Part shown: one piece after another, positions 7,050 through 15,621 of the stretch
Numbering within the stretch: position 1 is the first letter of the stretch
Layout: every line of letters starts with the position of its first letter
Source: an uncultured virus (IMG/VR IMGVR_UViG_3300032250_000289)
Lineage: Duplodnaviria; Heunggongvirae; Uroviricota; Caudoviricetes
Length of the DNA stretch: 64,000 nt
Virus record (IMG/VR): IMGVR_UViG_3300032250_000289
Direction: 5' to 3' (one strand)
Made by a program: the position numbers and the translations under genes
The notes under the pieces: generated by a model
The model's database searches: none
What the model was told of the DNA's origin: nothing
The model's input: only the letters and a program-made list of their open reading frames with translations

Positions 7050-9173
7050 ATGAAACTTCACGCTGGAACACACACGGTTGAAAAGTCTGGTAATTTTGAA
7101 GAGTCGAAGTTCAGCATCGAAGCTTCGTCCAAAGCATTTTTCATTCTGTCTGACGGTCTTTATTCTAACAAGATTCTCGCGGTTGTTCGTGAGCTTTCTA
7201 CTAACGCATACGATTCGCACGTTGAGGCTGGCAAGGTAAGCGTTCCGTTTGATGTTCATCTGCCCACGCAGCTTGAGCCTACGTTCTTTATTCGTGACTA
7301 CGGCACTAGCATGGATCACGATAGCTGTATGCAGCTTTATACAACATATTTCCGCAGTACGCGAAACAATAGCAATGATGCTGTTGGTTGCCTTGGTCTT
7401 GGCAGCAAGGCTCCCTTTGCTTATTCTGATAGTTTTAATGTTGAGGCATTCCTTGATGGTAAGCGTAGGCTTTATGCTGCCTATAAGAATGAGGATGGTA
7501 GCCCCGTATTCTCTCTAATGGATACTTTTGAAACTTCTGAACCTAATGGTATCAAAGTTTCTATTAGTGTTCAAGATAGTGACATTAGCCGATTCATTCG
7601 TGAGGCTCATAAGGTTTATGAGTTCTTCAAGGTTCGCCCAAAGTTTATCGGTGAATCTATTTCTTATGAAAATCCCAACAAGGTTATTGAGGGAGATAAC
7701 TGGTATTTTGATGATAATGAGTCTGATAATCTGATCATCATGGGTCAGATTGCGTATCCTCTTGATCACTATCAGCTTATGAATACCAATCTTGACAAGA
7801 AGACTGTTAACTTCATTGAAAATTCTAGTGGTCTGCGACTGTTTGTTAAGATTGGCGATGTTGATATTACTCCCAGCCGTGAATCACTGTCTTATAGTAG
7901 GGAGACTAAAACCAACATTGTTAATCTGGCAAGGACCGTTGCTGAAGAAATCGCGGTCAAGATTCAAGAAGAAATTAAGAATCAACCGTCCTTGTTCAAG
8001 GCACGTAAGAAATATGTACAGGTTAGCGACCAATGCCACTCTATCAAGACTGCTGTTGAGTCACTGCACAAATCTCTTACATGGAATGATACCAAGCTTT
8101 TCGATAGCAATGCTGCTGAAAGCGTAACTATCAAGGGTTGCAGTGTCGATATTTTCGAAAAATCTCAGTGGCGTAAAAAGATTGAGGTTAAGAAAAATAC
8201 CGAACACATGTTCTTTGGTACTAATACTAAGTTTGTCATTGATGATCTTAATCGCGGTGGCGTTAGTCGAATTCGACAAATGATGCGTGACGCTTACGAC
8301 AGTCGCTGTTGCTACTATTACAAGCTTTCTGAGGGAGAGACTGCTGACAGTTGCAAACTGTACGATATCATGGGTGGAGCAACCAAGGAAGATGTTGTGT
8401 TTACATCTAATCTTCCCAAGGTTGAATATAATCGTCAAAGCTCTGGTAGCTCAGATGGTTTGCCCGCAGTTCAAGTTCAAGTATACAATGAAGAAACGGG
8501 TAAGTTTGAAGTGTGCAACATGAGCGTAAAGTTTGAAAACGCCCATTACTTCATCGAAGCGAAAGATACTATCAAGATCGGCTACTCACATGTCGATACT
8601 AGGTATCTAGAGGATGTGCTGAGTTGGGTTCATCAGAACTATAGCGACGTTGTGAGCGATGCCACGTTTTATATTGTCAAGCCATCGGTGGCTAAGAATC
8701 GTAAACTGGAACAGCGAAGCAACTGGATTAATGGTTGCAATTTGCTTGAGACTGTGTTCGCAGATGCCGTCGAAAAACACCGCGAAGATATCATCACTGT
8801 AAATACTCGTAGTCCGTTGTCTGCTGTTAGGCATGATCGTTGGGTTGATATTCTCAACATGACCAAGACTAACTGCAAAGCAAAACAAATTGCAGCAGAG
8901 TATAATGAATACAAGCAGAGGGTTGACAACATCTCGTCTGACATGTATATTATTCAGGGTATGGCAGACAAGCTGCACAACGTTCAAGCAGTCAATTTTA
9001 GCAACGTGAAGATCAACAATGACAAGTTTTCGAAAGAATTTGATAAGGAAATGAATAAGTATCCCATGCTTAAGTTCGCCGCCAACGTCTGGGGCGAGAC
9101 TGATAAGCAACTTGTGGCCGATTATATTGACACGATTGAAGAAAATTTTACTAAAAAGTTGACAACCCTGTAA
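7050..9173 (+). CDS. rIIA: rIIA-like protein (GHKL/Hsp90-type ATPase N-terminus)
   Basis: VRELSTNAYDSH, RDYGTSM, STRNNSNDAVGCLGLGSKAPFAYSDSF, DITPSRESL; rIIB-like gene downstream. Confidence 0.88.
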   Translation: MKLHAGTHTVEKSGNFEESKFSIEASSKAFFILSDGLYSNKILAVVRELSTNAYDSHVEAGKVSVPFDVHLPTQLEPTFFIRDYGTSMDHDSCMQLYTTYFRSTRNNSNDAVGCLGLGSKAPFAYSDSFNVEAFLDGKRRLYAAYKNEDGSPVFSLMDTFETSEPNGIKVSISVQDSDISRFIREAHKVYEFFKVRPKFIGESISYENPNKVIEGDNWYFDDNESDNLIIMGQIAYPLDHYQLMNTNLDKKTVNFIENSSGLRLFVKIGDVDITPSRESLSYSRETKTNIVNLARTVAEEIAVKIQEEIKNQPSLFKARKKYVQVSDQCHSIKTAVESLHKSLTWNDTKLFDSNAAESVTIKGCSVDIFEKSQWRKKIEVKKNTEHMFFGTNTKFVIDDLNRGGVSRIRQMMRDAYDSRCCYYYKLSEGETADSCKLYDIMGGATKEDVVFTSNLPKVEYNRQSSGSSDGLPAVQVQVYNEETGKFEVCNMSVKFENAHYFIEAKDTIKIGYSHVDTRYLEDVLSWVHQNYSDVVSDATFYIVKPSVAKNRKLEQRSNWINGCNLLETVFADAVEKHREDIITVNTRSPLSAVRHDRWVDILNMTKTNCKAKQIAAEYNEYKQRVDNISSDMYIIQGMADKLHNVQAVNFSNVKINNDKFSKEFDKEMNKYPMLKFAANVWGETDKQLVADYIDTIEENFTKKLTTL

Positions 9174-9187
9174 ACGATACCTATAAT
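9159..9187 (+). promoter_or_regulatory. consensus sigma70 promoter overlapping the rIIA end
   Basis: TTGACA-17-TATAAT. Confidence 0.8.
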
Positions 9188-9213
9188 ATAGAAAGAGACA
9201 AAAGAAACACACT

Positions 9214-9498
9214 ATGAAACCAACCATTGAAGCGGGCTGCAAAATATCAAAACAAGCCCAAAGACGTATAGATATTCTTTGTGAGCTTGATTTTGATATA
9301 ACAGTTATGCCTAAAAATGATTATGAGGCATATGGAACAGATTATGAAGATAGTTACAACTATCTAGGCGAAGGTGTGACATGGGATGATTTGGGTGAAG
9401 ATTATCATAGACATATAATTCCAGACAATATCTCTGAGCGTCAAATGATAAATATGATCAAAATGAGATTGAATGCACATGAACATGAAGGAGAATAA
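9214..9498 (+). CDS. hypothetical protein between rIIA and rIIB
   Basis: 94-aa ORF downstream of a consensus promoter. Confidence 0.6.
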   Translation: MKPTIEAGCKISKQAQRRIDILCELDFDITVMPKNDYEAYGTDYEDSYNYLGEGVTWDDLGEDYHRHIIPDNISERQMINMIKMRLNAHEHEGE

Positions 9499-9499
9499 A

Positions 9500-10366
9500 A
9501 TGAAATATATTATTGCAAATGACGGTAACGTTACAGCGGTGGTCAGCGGTCAGGCTTATAACTTTAGCAAGGCCCACCCAAACTATAGTAAGTTAATCAA
9601 TCATCTTAAGAATAATAATGTCGAGCATTTCGAAGCTTGCTACGATATTGTGTCGCATCTTAATTCTTATTGTGAGGGTTATGTAAATTGTGATAACGGT
9701 GTTCTGAATTGGGACGGTATTAAGATGCCCAACATGTTCACCAGCACAATTCTTGATATGGTCAAGCAAGGTTTCCCTTTTGAGCCGATGCTTAACTTCC
9801 TTGATAATATGAGCCAAAATCCTTCTGACCATGCTATCGTTGAATTGTTCGACTTCATGGAGAATAAGCATATGCCTATTACTATGGATGGACACTTCTT
9901 GGCATACAAGGCTGTTAAGAATAATTTTAAAGATATTTACTCTGGCACGTTTGATAATTCAGTTGGTAGCGTATGCTCTGTGCCTCGTAGTCAGGTTGAT
10001 GGTAATCGTGATAATGGTTGTGGTAAGGGATTGCACGTTGGGGCTATCGACTACGCTAAGTCTTATGGTGGTATTAATCTTGATGAAGATGGCGATAATG
10101 ACGGTGGCAATCAGCTTATGATTTGCAAGGTTAATCCACGCGACGTTGTTAGCGTTCCTACGGATCATAAGTTCCAAAAGCTTCGTACCTGTCGATATGA
10201 AGTTGTGTCTAAGTTTGATAGTGTTTTTGATAAGATCATCCATATGACAGAGCAGGACAAGGCTTATATGGCAACCAAGAGGCGTAACCGTGAATGGGTT
10301 GTTGAAGTCACGGCAAAGCTTGATAAGATCAATTCTGTTCTTAGTAAGAAGTTGATGAGTGTTTGA
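9500..10366 (+). CDS. rIIB: rIIB-like protein
   Basis: DGHFLAYKAV, CGKGLHVG, KVNPRDVVSVPTD..KLRTCRYEVV; AAGGAG SD before ATG 9500. Confidence 0.88.
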   Translation: MKYIIANDGNVTAVVSGQAYNFSKAHPNYSKLINHLKNNNVEHFEACYDIVSHLNSYCEGYVNCDNGVLNWDGIKMPNMFTSTILDMVKQGFPFEPMLNFLDNMSQNPSDHAIVELFDFMENKHMPITMDGHFLAYKAVKNNFKDIYSGTFDNSVGSVCSVPRSQVDGNRDNGCGKGLHVGAIDYAKSYGGINLDEDGDNDGGNQLMICKVNPRDVVSVPTDHKFQKLRTCRYEVVSKFDSVFDKIIHMTEQDKAYMATKRRNREWVVEVTAKLDKINSVLSKKLMSV

Positions 10367-10384
10367 TTGAATGTTTGAGAGTAT

Positions 10385-10413
10385 AACGGGGATGGGGAAA
10401 CTCACCCCGTTTT
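10385..10413 (+). terminator. intrinsic terminator
   Basis: AACGGGGATGGG-GAAA-CTCACCCCGTT followed by T tract. Confidence 0.65.
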
Positions 10414-10449
10414 GCTCTTAATGGGTAGATTTCCCAAAGGAATTATGCA

Positions 10450-11586
10450 ATGAAAATTAGCAATGAAACTAAATTAGACTTTGATGATGTACTACTCGTT
10501 CCACACCGATCTCAGGCCGCATCAAGGGTCAGTGTTTTGGTCGATAAACGATATTCTTTTTATCATTCAGATCAGCAATGGAATGGCCTACCAATAATTG
10601 CTGCAAACATGGATTCCGTTGGTACATTTGCTATGGCTCAAGCATTACAAAAGTTTAAAGCTATCACATGCCTTCACAAACATTATAACGTTAGCGAATA
10701 TATCAACCGTTCAGAACCAACACCGCTGGATACTAATCATTGTTGGTATAGCATGGGCATCAATGATAAAGAGATCGATAAAATAAACAAAATTTGGTAT
10801 GAGACAGGGATTGTTCCAAATATTTGTATTGATGTTGCCAATGGTTATACAGATAATTTTGTAAATTTTTGCTCTAAGATTAGAGAAAAGTTTGGAAACC
10901 ACCCCATTATAATGGCTGGAAACGTATGTACTCCAGAAATGGTACAGGAATTAATTCTTCACGGTGGCGTGGATATTGTTAAGATTGGAATTGGTCCCGG
11001 TTCAGCTTGCACAACAAGATTAAAAACAGGCGTTGGATATCCTCAACTTTCAGCTATAATAGAGTGTGGACATGCGGCCCACGGTTTAAAGAGCGAAGAC
11101 AAGCGTATGGGATTGATTTGTGCAGATGGTGGCTGTAGGACTCCCGCAGACGTTGTAAAGGCTTTCGCGGCCAATGCAGACTTCGTGATGCTTGGTGGAA
11201 TGCTTGCCGGTGCAGAAGAGTGTGAAGGCGAATGGGAGTATGAATATCGTAGTGCGATTGTTAATAATGATGGAACAACAAAATCAGAATGGTGGCAACC
11301 ATTTGATCCCGGTTACAGTACAGAGACAAGAAAAAAGACACTAACATTTTATGGAATGAGTTCGCACAAGGCTCAAGAGAAGTATGGTGGTATTAAGAAT
11401 TATAGAGCCAGCGAAGGTAGAACTTTATCAGTTCCATATAAAGGACACGCTTCAGATATTATGTTAGACATATTAGGTGGAATACGAAGTGCCTGTGCTT
11501 ATGTCGGTGCAGACTCTTTAAAAGATTTACCCAAGTGTGCTGAATTTATTCGTGTGAATAGGACTCATTTTGACAAGACTTTATAA
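10450..11586 (+). CDS. guaC: GMP reductase
   Basis: KLDFDDVLL, IDVANGY, KIGIGPGSACTTR, FYGMSS, YRASEG; no CBS domains. Confidence 0.9.
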   Translation: MKISNETKLDFDDVLLVPHRSQAASRVSVLVDKRYSFYHSDQQWNGLPIIAANMDSVGTFAMAQALQKFKAITCLHKHYNVSEYINRSEPTPLDTNHCWYSMGINDKEIDKINKIWYETGIVPNICIDVANGYTDNFVNFCSKIREKFGNHPIIMAGNVCTPEMVQELILHGGVDIVKIGIGPGSACTTRLKTGVGYPQLSAIIECGHAAHGLKSEDKRMGLICADGGCRTPADVVKAFAANADFVMLGGMLAGAEECEGEWEYEYRSAIVNNDGTTKSEWWQPFDPGYSTETRKKTLTFYGMSSHKAQEKYGGIKNYRASEGRTLSVPYKGHASDIMLDILGGIRSACAYVGADSLKDLPKCAEFIRVNRTHFDKTL

Positions 11587-11747
11587 TGTCAGCAATAATT
11601 ATTAGTATTATGATCTCAACAACTCTATACATGATAAACTCAATATCATGCTTTATACAGGGAGATTATTCTCATTCATTAATGTGGGCTGGATATTCGT
11701 TTGCAAACTTAGGATTATTGTGGTATGAAGTTATCAAATTGGGATAA
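11586..11747 (+). CDS. small membrane protein (53 aa)
   Basis: TAATG coupling to guaC; MSAIIISIMISTTLY...WAGYSFANLGLLW hydrophobic; below ORF track cut-off. Confidence 0.55.
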   Translation: MSAIIISIMISTTLYMINSISCFIQGDYSHSLMWAGYSFANLGLLWYEVIKLG

Positions 11748-12171
11748 AAGATTTTTAGAGTTAGCTGAATTAGTTTCATCTTGGTCTAAAGATCCATCGA
11801 CTAAAGTTGGTGCAGTAATTATAGACGATAAAAATATTATTGTGTCCGTTGGGTTTAATGGATTTCCAAAAGGTATAAATGATAACGAGAGACTACATAA
11901 TAGAGATTCAAAGTATCAAATTATAATTCATGCTGAAAATAACGCATTGATGTTTGCAAAACGCCCACTAGACAATTGTACATTATATACTTACCCATTC
12001 ATGCCCTGTCCAAGATGTGCTGGTATGATTATACAGTCTGGAATCAAAAGAGTAGTGTCTTATAAGAATACAATCGATAGACATAGGTGGGAGTTGGATT
12101 TTGCAATATCTAGAGAATTATTTAATGAGGCTAAAATACAACTAGAAGAGTGGCCTAATGGAACAGAATAA
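11725..12171 (+). CDS. dCMP deaminase
   Basis: WSKDPSTKVGAVI, HAENNA, PCPRC. Confidence 0.92.
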   Translation: MKLSNWDKRFLELAELVSSWSKDPSTKVGAVIIDDKNIIVSVGFNGFPKGINDNERLHNRDSKYQIIIHAENNALMFAKRPLDNCTLYTYPFMPCPRCAGMIIQSGIKRVVSYKNTIDRHRWELDFAISRELFNEAKIQLEEWPNGTE

Positions 12172-12367
12172 ACAAAAAGTAGATGATATTCTCAAAATAA
12201 TCAATGAGTGTGTTCGTACAAATAAATTAGATTTTATTGCAAATTTAATCGTTACACTTCAAAATGACTATACAGATTTAGCTAAACTAACAACCGACGA
12301 TAATTATCAACCGAACTGGACTCATAAGCAAACGCTAGACTATTTAACATACGAACAAAAATTTTAA
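12158..12367 (+). CDS. hypothetical protein
   Basis: Overlapping short ORF. Confidence 0.55.
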   Translation: MEQNKQKVDDILKIINECVRTNKLDFIANLIVTLQNDYTDLAKLTTDDNYQPNWTHKQTLDYLTYEQKF

Positions 12368-12368
12368 G

Positions 12369-12397
12369 TTGCAGCATCTCTTGGTGCAAGGTATAAT
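12369..12397 (+). promoter_or_regulatory. sigma70-type promoter
   Basis: TTGCAG-17-TATAAT. Confidence 0.55.
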
Positions 12398-12418
12398 AAA
12401 ACAGACAAAGGAGAAATT

Positions 12419-12604
12419 ATGTCACAAGAAGCAGTAAAACAAATGGCTCAAGCTCACCTTGAGAATGTAAAGCAGGCCATACTAGAACTAACAAATAAGC
12501 AAATATCTTTACAGAATGAAATTGATACTATGACCAAGTATTACGAGGTCGGCATCAAGATTCTGGAAGAAGACAATACACTTGAAAAAGTGCCTGTAGA
12601 ATGA
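12419..12604 (+). CDS. small coiled-coil protein
   Basis: AAGGAG SD; heptad pattern. Confidence 0.6.
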   Translation: MSQEAVKQMAQAHLENVKQAILELTNKQISLQNEIDTMTKYYEVGIKILEEDNTLEKVPVE

Positions 12605-12630
12605 TTTAGTAACTTTTAGGAGGATTTAAA

Positions 12631-12951
12631 ATGGACATCAATGAATTTTATGATCGTTTGTATAGTGTTGGTGAGTCATACCATTGGGATGTTGATACCG
12701 ACAATGGTATTACAGCTACAATTCAGAGCGGCGTATCAAAGGGTACAAAGCTTAATCCAATTACAGCTTTGGCACACAAGGCTAGACTTGGATTGTTTAC
12801 AAATAACAAGCGTGATACGATTTTTGCAGCAAGCCTATTGGGCATTCCACGCAACTTTGCTGAGAATGTTTATAAGGCATCCTTTGCTCGTCAGAATCGT
12901 GGAAACGCACAGGTTCTAAGAGGACGCATCAAAGCAACGCTAGGAGTATAA
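12631..12951 (+). CDS. hypothetical protein
   Basis: AGGAGG SD. Confidence 0.7.
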   Translation: MDINEFYDRLYSVGESYHWDVDTDNGITATIQSGVSKGTKLNPITALAHKARLGLFTNNKRDTIFAASLLGIPRNFAENVYKASFARQNRGNAQVLRGRIKATLGV

Positions 12952-12952
12952 G

Positions 12953-13285
12953 ATGAATATTAACACATGGCTAGGATGTGGACGATTAACAAAAGATGCT
13001 GAAATTGGTGTTACCCAAAAGGGTACTGCTATGGCAAAATTTCGCATGGCTGTTAATGATAGACGTAATGACGAGACATTGTTCCTTAATGTATTGTGTT
13101 TTGGCAAGATGGCTGAAGCATTAAAGGATCATCTCACAAGAGGCCGATTGGTTGGGGTTCAAGGAAAAATCAAGATAGATGACTATCAGGATAAGGAAGG
13201 TAACACAAGAAATTCTGTTTGCGTTATGGCAGATGAAATTTCTCTTGGACCGTCTGGAACTGTACAGCAGGATGTTAAAGAGTAA
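12953..13285 (+). CDS. ssb: single-stranded DNA-binding protein
   Basis: GRLTKDAE, FRMAVND, FGKMAE..RGRLVGVQGKI..YQDKEG. Confidence 0.9.
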   Translation: MNINTWLGCGRLTKDAEIGVTQKGTAMAKFRMAVNDRRNDETLFLNVLCFGKMAEALKDHLTRGRLVGVQGKIKIDDYQDKEGNTRNSVCVMADEISLGPSGTVQQDVKE

Positions 13286-13311
13286 TCCTTGACTACCTAA
13301 TAGGTCAATTT

Positions 13312-13353
13312 AAATGGTCCGATTCGCAGCGATGCGGTCGGACCATTTTTTTT
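13312..13353 (+). terminator. intrinsic terminator
   Basis: AAATGGTCCGA..CGCA-GCGA-TGCG-GTCGGACCAT followed by a T run. Confidence 0.8.
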
Positions 13354-13364
13354 AATCTTTTGTG

Positions 13365-13392
13365 TTGACAACGACGATAATTGTGGTATGAT
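13365..13392 (+). promoter_or_regulatory. sigma70-type promoter
   Basis: TTGACA-16-TATGAT, spacer ACGACGATAA... Confidence 0.7.
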
Positions 13393-13412
13393 GATTTGAT
13401 AAAGGAGCAATC

Positions 13413-13778
13413 ATGAACCCACAACCAGATTCTAGCGTTGGAACAACATTTGCTATAGCATTTACTGCCTTAGTAGCTTACCATTTTATTAAGACTTATA
13501 GGGCGGGAAACTTTACACCAATTAGCGATATGGTAAATATTGGATATGTTGAGTCAGCACCACCATGTTCCCCCGTTATAATTAATCAAACGGTTCAGCA
13601 GCAGGCTCAACCAGTTAATAATTTTGAGTCACAACAACTTTATATAGACTGTATAGACACCCTTGTTGCTATAGGCTTTAAGAAAATGGAAGCAAGGAAC
13701 AAAGCTAAGAGAATATTTACCAGTAACCCTAATATTTCTACAGTACAAGAATTTCTAACAATAGCACTTCAACCATGA
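13413..13778 (+). CDS. membrane-anchored protein with RuvA C-terminal-like helical domain
   Basis: N-terminal TM; CIDTLVAIGFKKMEAR...TVQEFLTIAL. Confidence 0.55.
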   Translation: MNPQPDSSVGTTFAIAFTALVAYHFIKTYRAGNFTPISDMVNIGYVESAPPCSPVIINQTVQQQAQPVNNFESQQLYIDCIDTLVAIGFKKMEARNKAKRIFTSNPNISTVQEFLTIALQP

Positions 13779-14182
13779 ATATAATAGATCAATCACTTGA
13801 TATAGCATTAACATTATTACCTAAAGCTAAATCCATAAGGAATACAAAAAATAAGTTTTTTCATTTTGCTTTTGGCTACAAGAAGAATAAGTTATTAGCA
13901 ATAGGACAAAACAATCCAGAAAAAACCCACACACAAGCTTTAATGCTCTCTAAAAGATTTAGCGTTGATCTTGAGCATCCCTACCTCCACGCTGAAACAG
14001 ATTTAATATCAAGATTGTGGGGCAGGCATTATATAGATAATAGTTTAAAAATGGTTATAATAAGGCTTAATAAGCGTGGTCAGCTAAGATGTAGCAAGCC
14101 TTGCGATAGGTGCGATCAAATAATTAAGGGTCTTGGTCTAACAAAAATCTGGTGGAGCATAGATGATGGATTCAATGAATAA
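13775..14182 (+). CDS. zinc-dependent nucleotide/nucleic-acid deaminase-like protein
   Basis: LHAETD and SKPCDRC motifs. Confidence 0.8.
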   Translation: MNIIDQSLDIALTLLPKAKSIRNTKNKFFHFAFGYKKNKLLAIGQNNPEKTHTQALMLSKRFSVDLEHPYLHAETDLISRLWGRHYIDNSLKMVIIRLNKRGQLRCSKPCDRCDQIIKGLGLTKIWWSIDDGFNE

Positions 14183-14717
14183 ACTACAGGGAATGAGAAC
14201 TTATCTTGCTGGTGCTATGGATAGAGTTCCAGATGGCGGTTGTGCTTGGAGGAGACAAATAACGCCATACCTCATTAATCTGGGAGTTAGCGTAATCGAT
14301 CCATGTAAGAAGCCCATTGGTTCAGCTATAGAGTGCGATGAAACAAGGCACTGGATTGAATATTACAAAGAAACCAAACAATATGATAAGATTAGAGATA
14401 AATTTGGCATATTAAGAACATCTGACTTAAGATGTATAGATATTTGTGATTTTATTGTTGCTCAAATAGATTTAGACGTTCATGCCTGCGGAACATATGA
14501 AGAAATAGTAACTGCTAATAGACAAAAAAAACCAATAATGATATGGTGTAAGCAGGGAAAGCAACACGCTCCCAATTGGTTATTCTTTATGTTACCACAC
14601 CAACATATCTTTGATAATATGGAACAGATTATGGGATACCTACATGATGTAGACTCCAATAAAAATAGTAATAATTATGGACGATGGATATTCTTTGATA
14701 AGGATTTATACTCATGA
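14175..14717 (+). CDS. nucleoside 2-deoxyribosyltransferase / nucleotide N-glycosidase-like protein
   Basis: YLAGAM, DLRCIDICDFIVA, GTYEEI, KKPI. Confidence 0.75.
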   Translation: MNKLQGMRTYLAGAMDRVPDGGCAWRRQITPYLINLGVSVIDPCKKPIGSAIECDETRHWIEYYKETKQYDKIRDKFGILRTSDLRCIDICDFIVAQIDLDVHACGTYEEIVTANRQKKPIMIWCKQGKQHAPNWLFFMLPHQHIFDNMEQIMGYLHDVDSNKNSNNYGRWIFFDKDLYS

Positions 14718-15619
14718 ATTTAAATTTTCCAGATGATATTTTCGAACCCAGTGAAAATAAAAAGGCAATTTATGAATATGCCGTAAAGCAGGGCGACAAA
14801 TTATGTAAAGACAAATCTATACTTTTCTGTGGAATTGCAAGAGATGTTGGACAAAGCTTACAAAGAAATATACTTTGTTTACGTGAGTGTGGCAAACTAT
14901 TCAAAAATTATCAGATATTTATCTATGAGAATGATTCTTCAGATCACACCGTAGATATTTTAAAGTTTAATGAGTCAGAAAATTTTCAGTATGTATCAGA
15001 GCATAGAGAAGATCAAAATTACAGAATAGATTTGGATAACGGTGTTGATCCTTGGCATTCTAAAAGGTGTGAGATATTAGCAGACTGTAGAAATAAATAC
15101 CTTGAGTATTTTAAGAACTCTAGTTACGATTATATATGTGTTCTAGATTTAGATCTAAAAGGATCGTGGTCGCTTGATGGATTTAAACACGCTATGTTTA
15201 CATTGAACAATAATGATGGATACGGGTGTGTGTCTGCTTATGGTGTTTTATCTGACGGTACTGGAAAACTTTTACTAGAAGATAACCCTAAAGAACAATA
15301 TATAATGTACGATTCTTTCGCCTATAGACCAAAAGATTGGAATGGTAGCATACATCTAATTAGAACTCCAATGTTTAATCATAATTACTTTGAAAGAGGC
15401 GATGATCCAGTTGAAGTAGCGTCTAACTTTGGAGGCATGGCTATTTATAAAAGAGAGGCTATCATAGATTGTGCTTATGGAGCAAAAGAGTGGAAAGAGG
15501 GACACGTTGATCCAGACCATGTTGTGCTGCATAGGCAAATGAGAGATCACAACTGGAAAATTATACTAGACCCCAGTTTCGTTGTATCATATTCTCATCA
15601 TAAATTCTCTAGGAGTTAA
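14714..15619 (+). CDS. GT-A glycosyltransferase (CAP59/GT69-like)
   Basis: IFIYENDSSDHT, LADCRNKYL, VLDLD, VASNFGGMAIYK. Confidence 0.75.
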   Translation: MNLNFPDDIFEPSENKKAIYEYAVKQGDKLCKDKSILFCGIARDVGQSLQRNILCLRECGKLFKNYQIFIYENDSSDHTVDILKFNESENFQYVSEHREDQNYRIDLDNGVDPWHSKRCEILADCRNKYLEYFKNSSYDYICVLDLDLKGSWSLDGFKHAMFTLNNNDGYGCVSAYGVLSDGTGKLLLEDNPKEQYIMYDSFAYRPKDWNGSIHLIRTPMFNHNYFERGDDPVEVASNFGGMAIYKREAIIDCAYGAKEWKEGHVDPDHVVLHRQMRDHNWKIILDPSFVVSYSHHKFSRS

Positions 15620-15621
15620 GA

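Noticed and set aside
7020..10405. Long alternative-frame and antisense ORFs inside rIIA/rIIB (e.g. 8607-9242 minus)
   Set aside because: Shadow ORFs caused by the biased codon usage of the real genes
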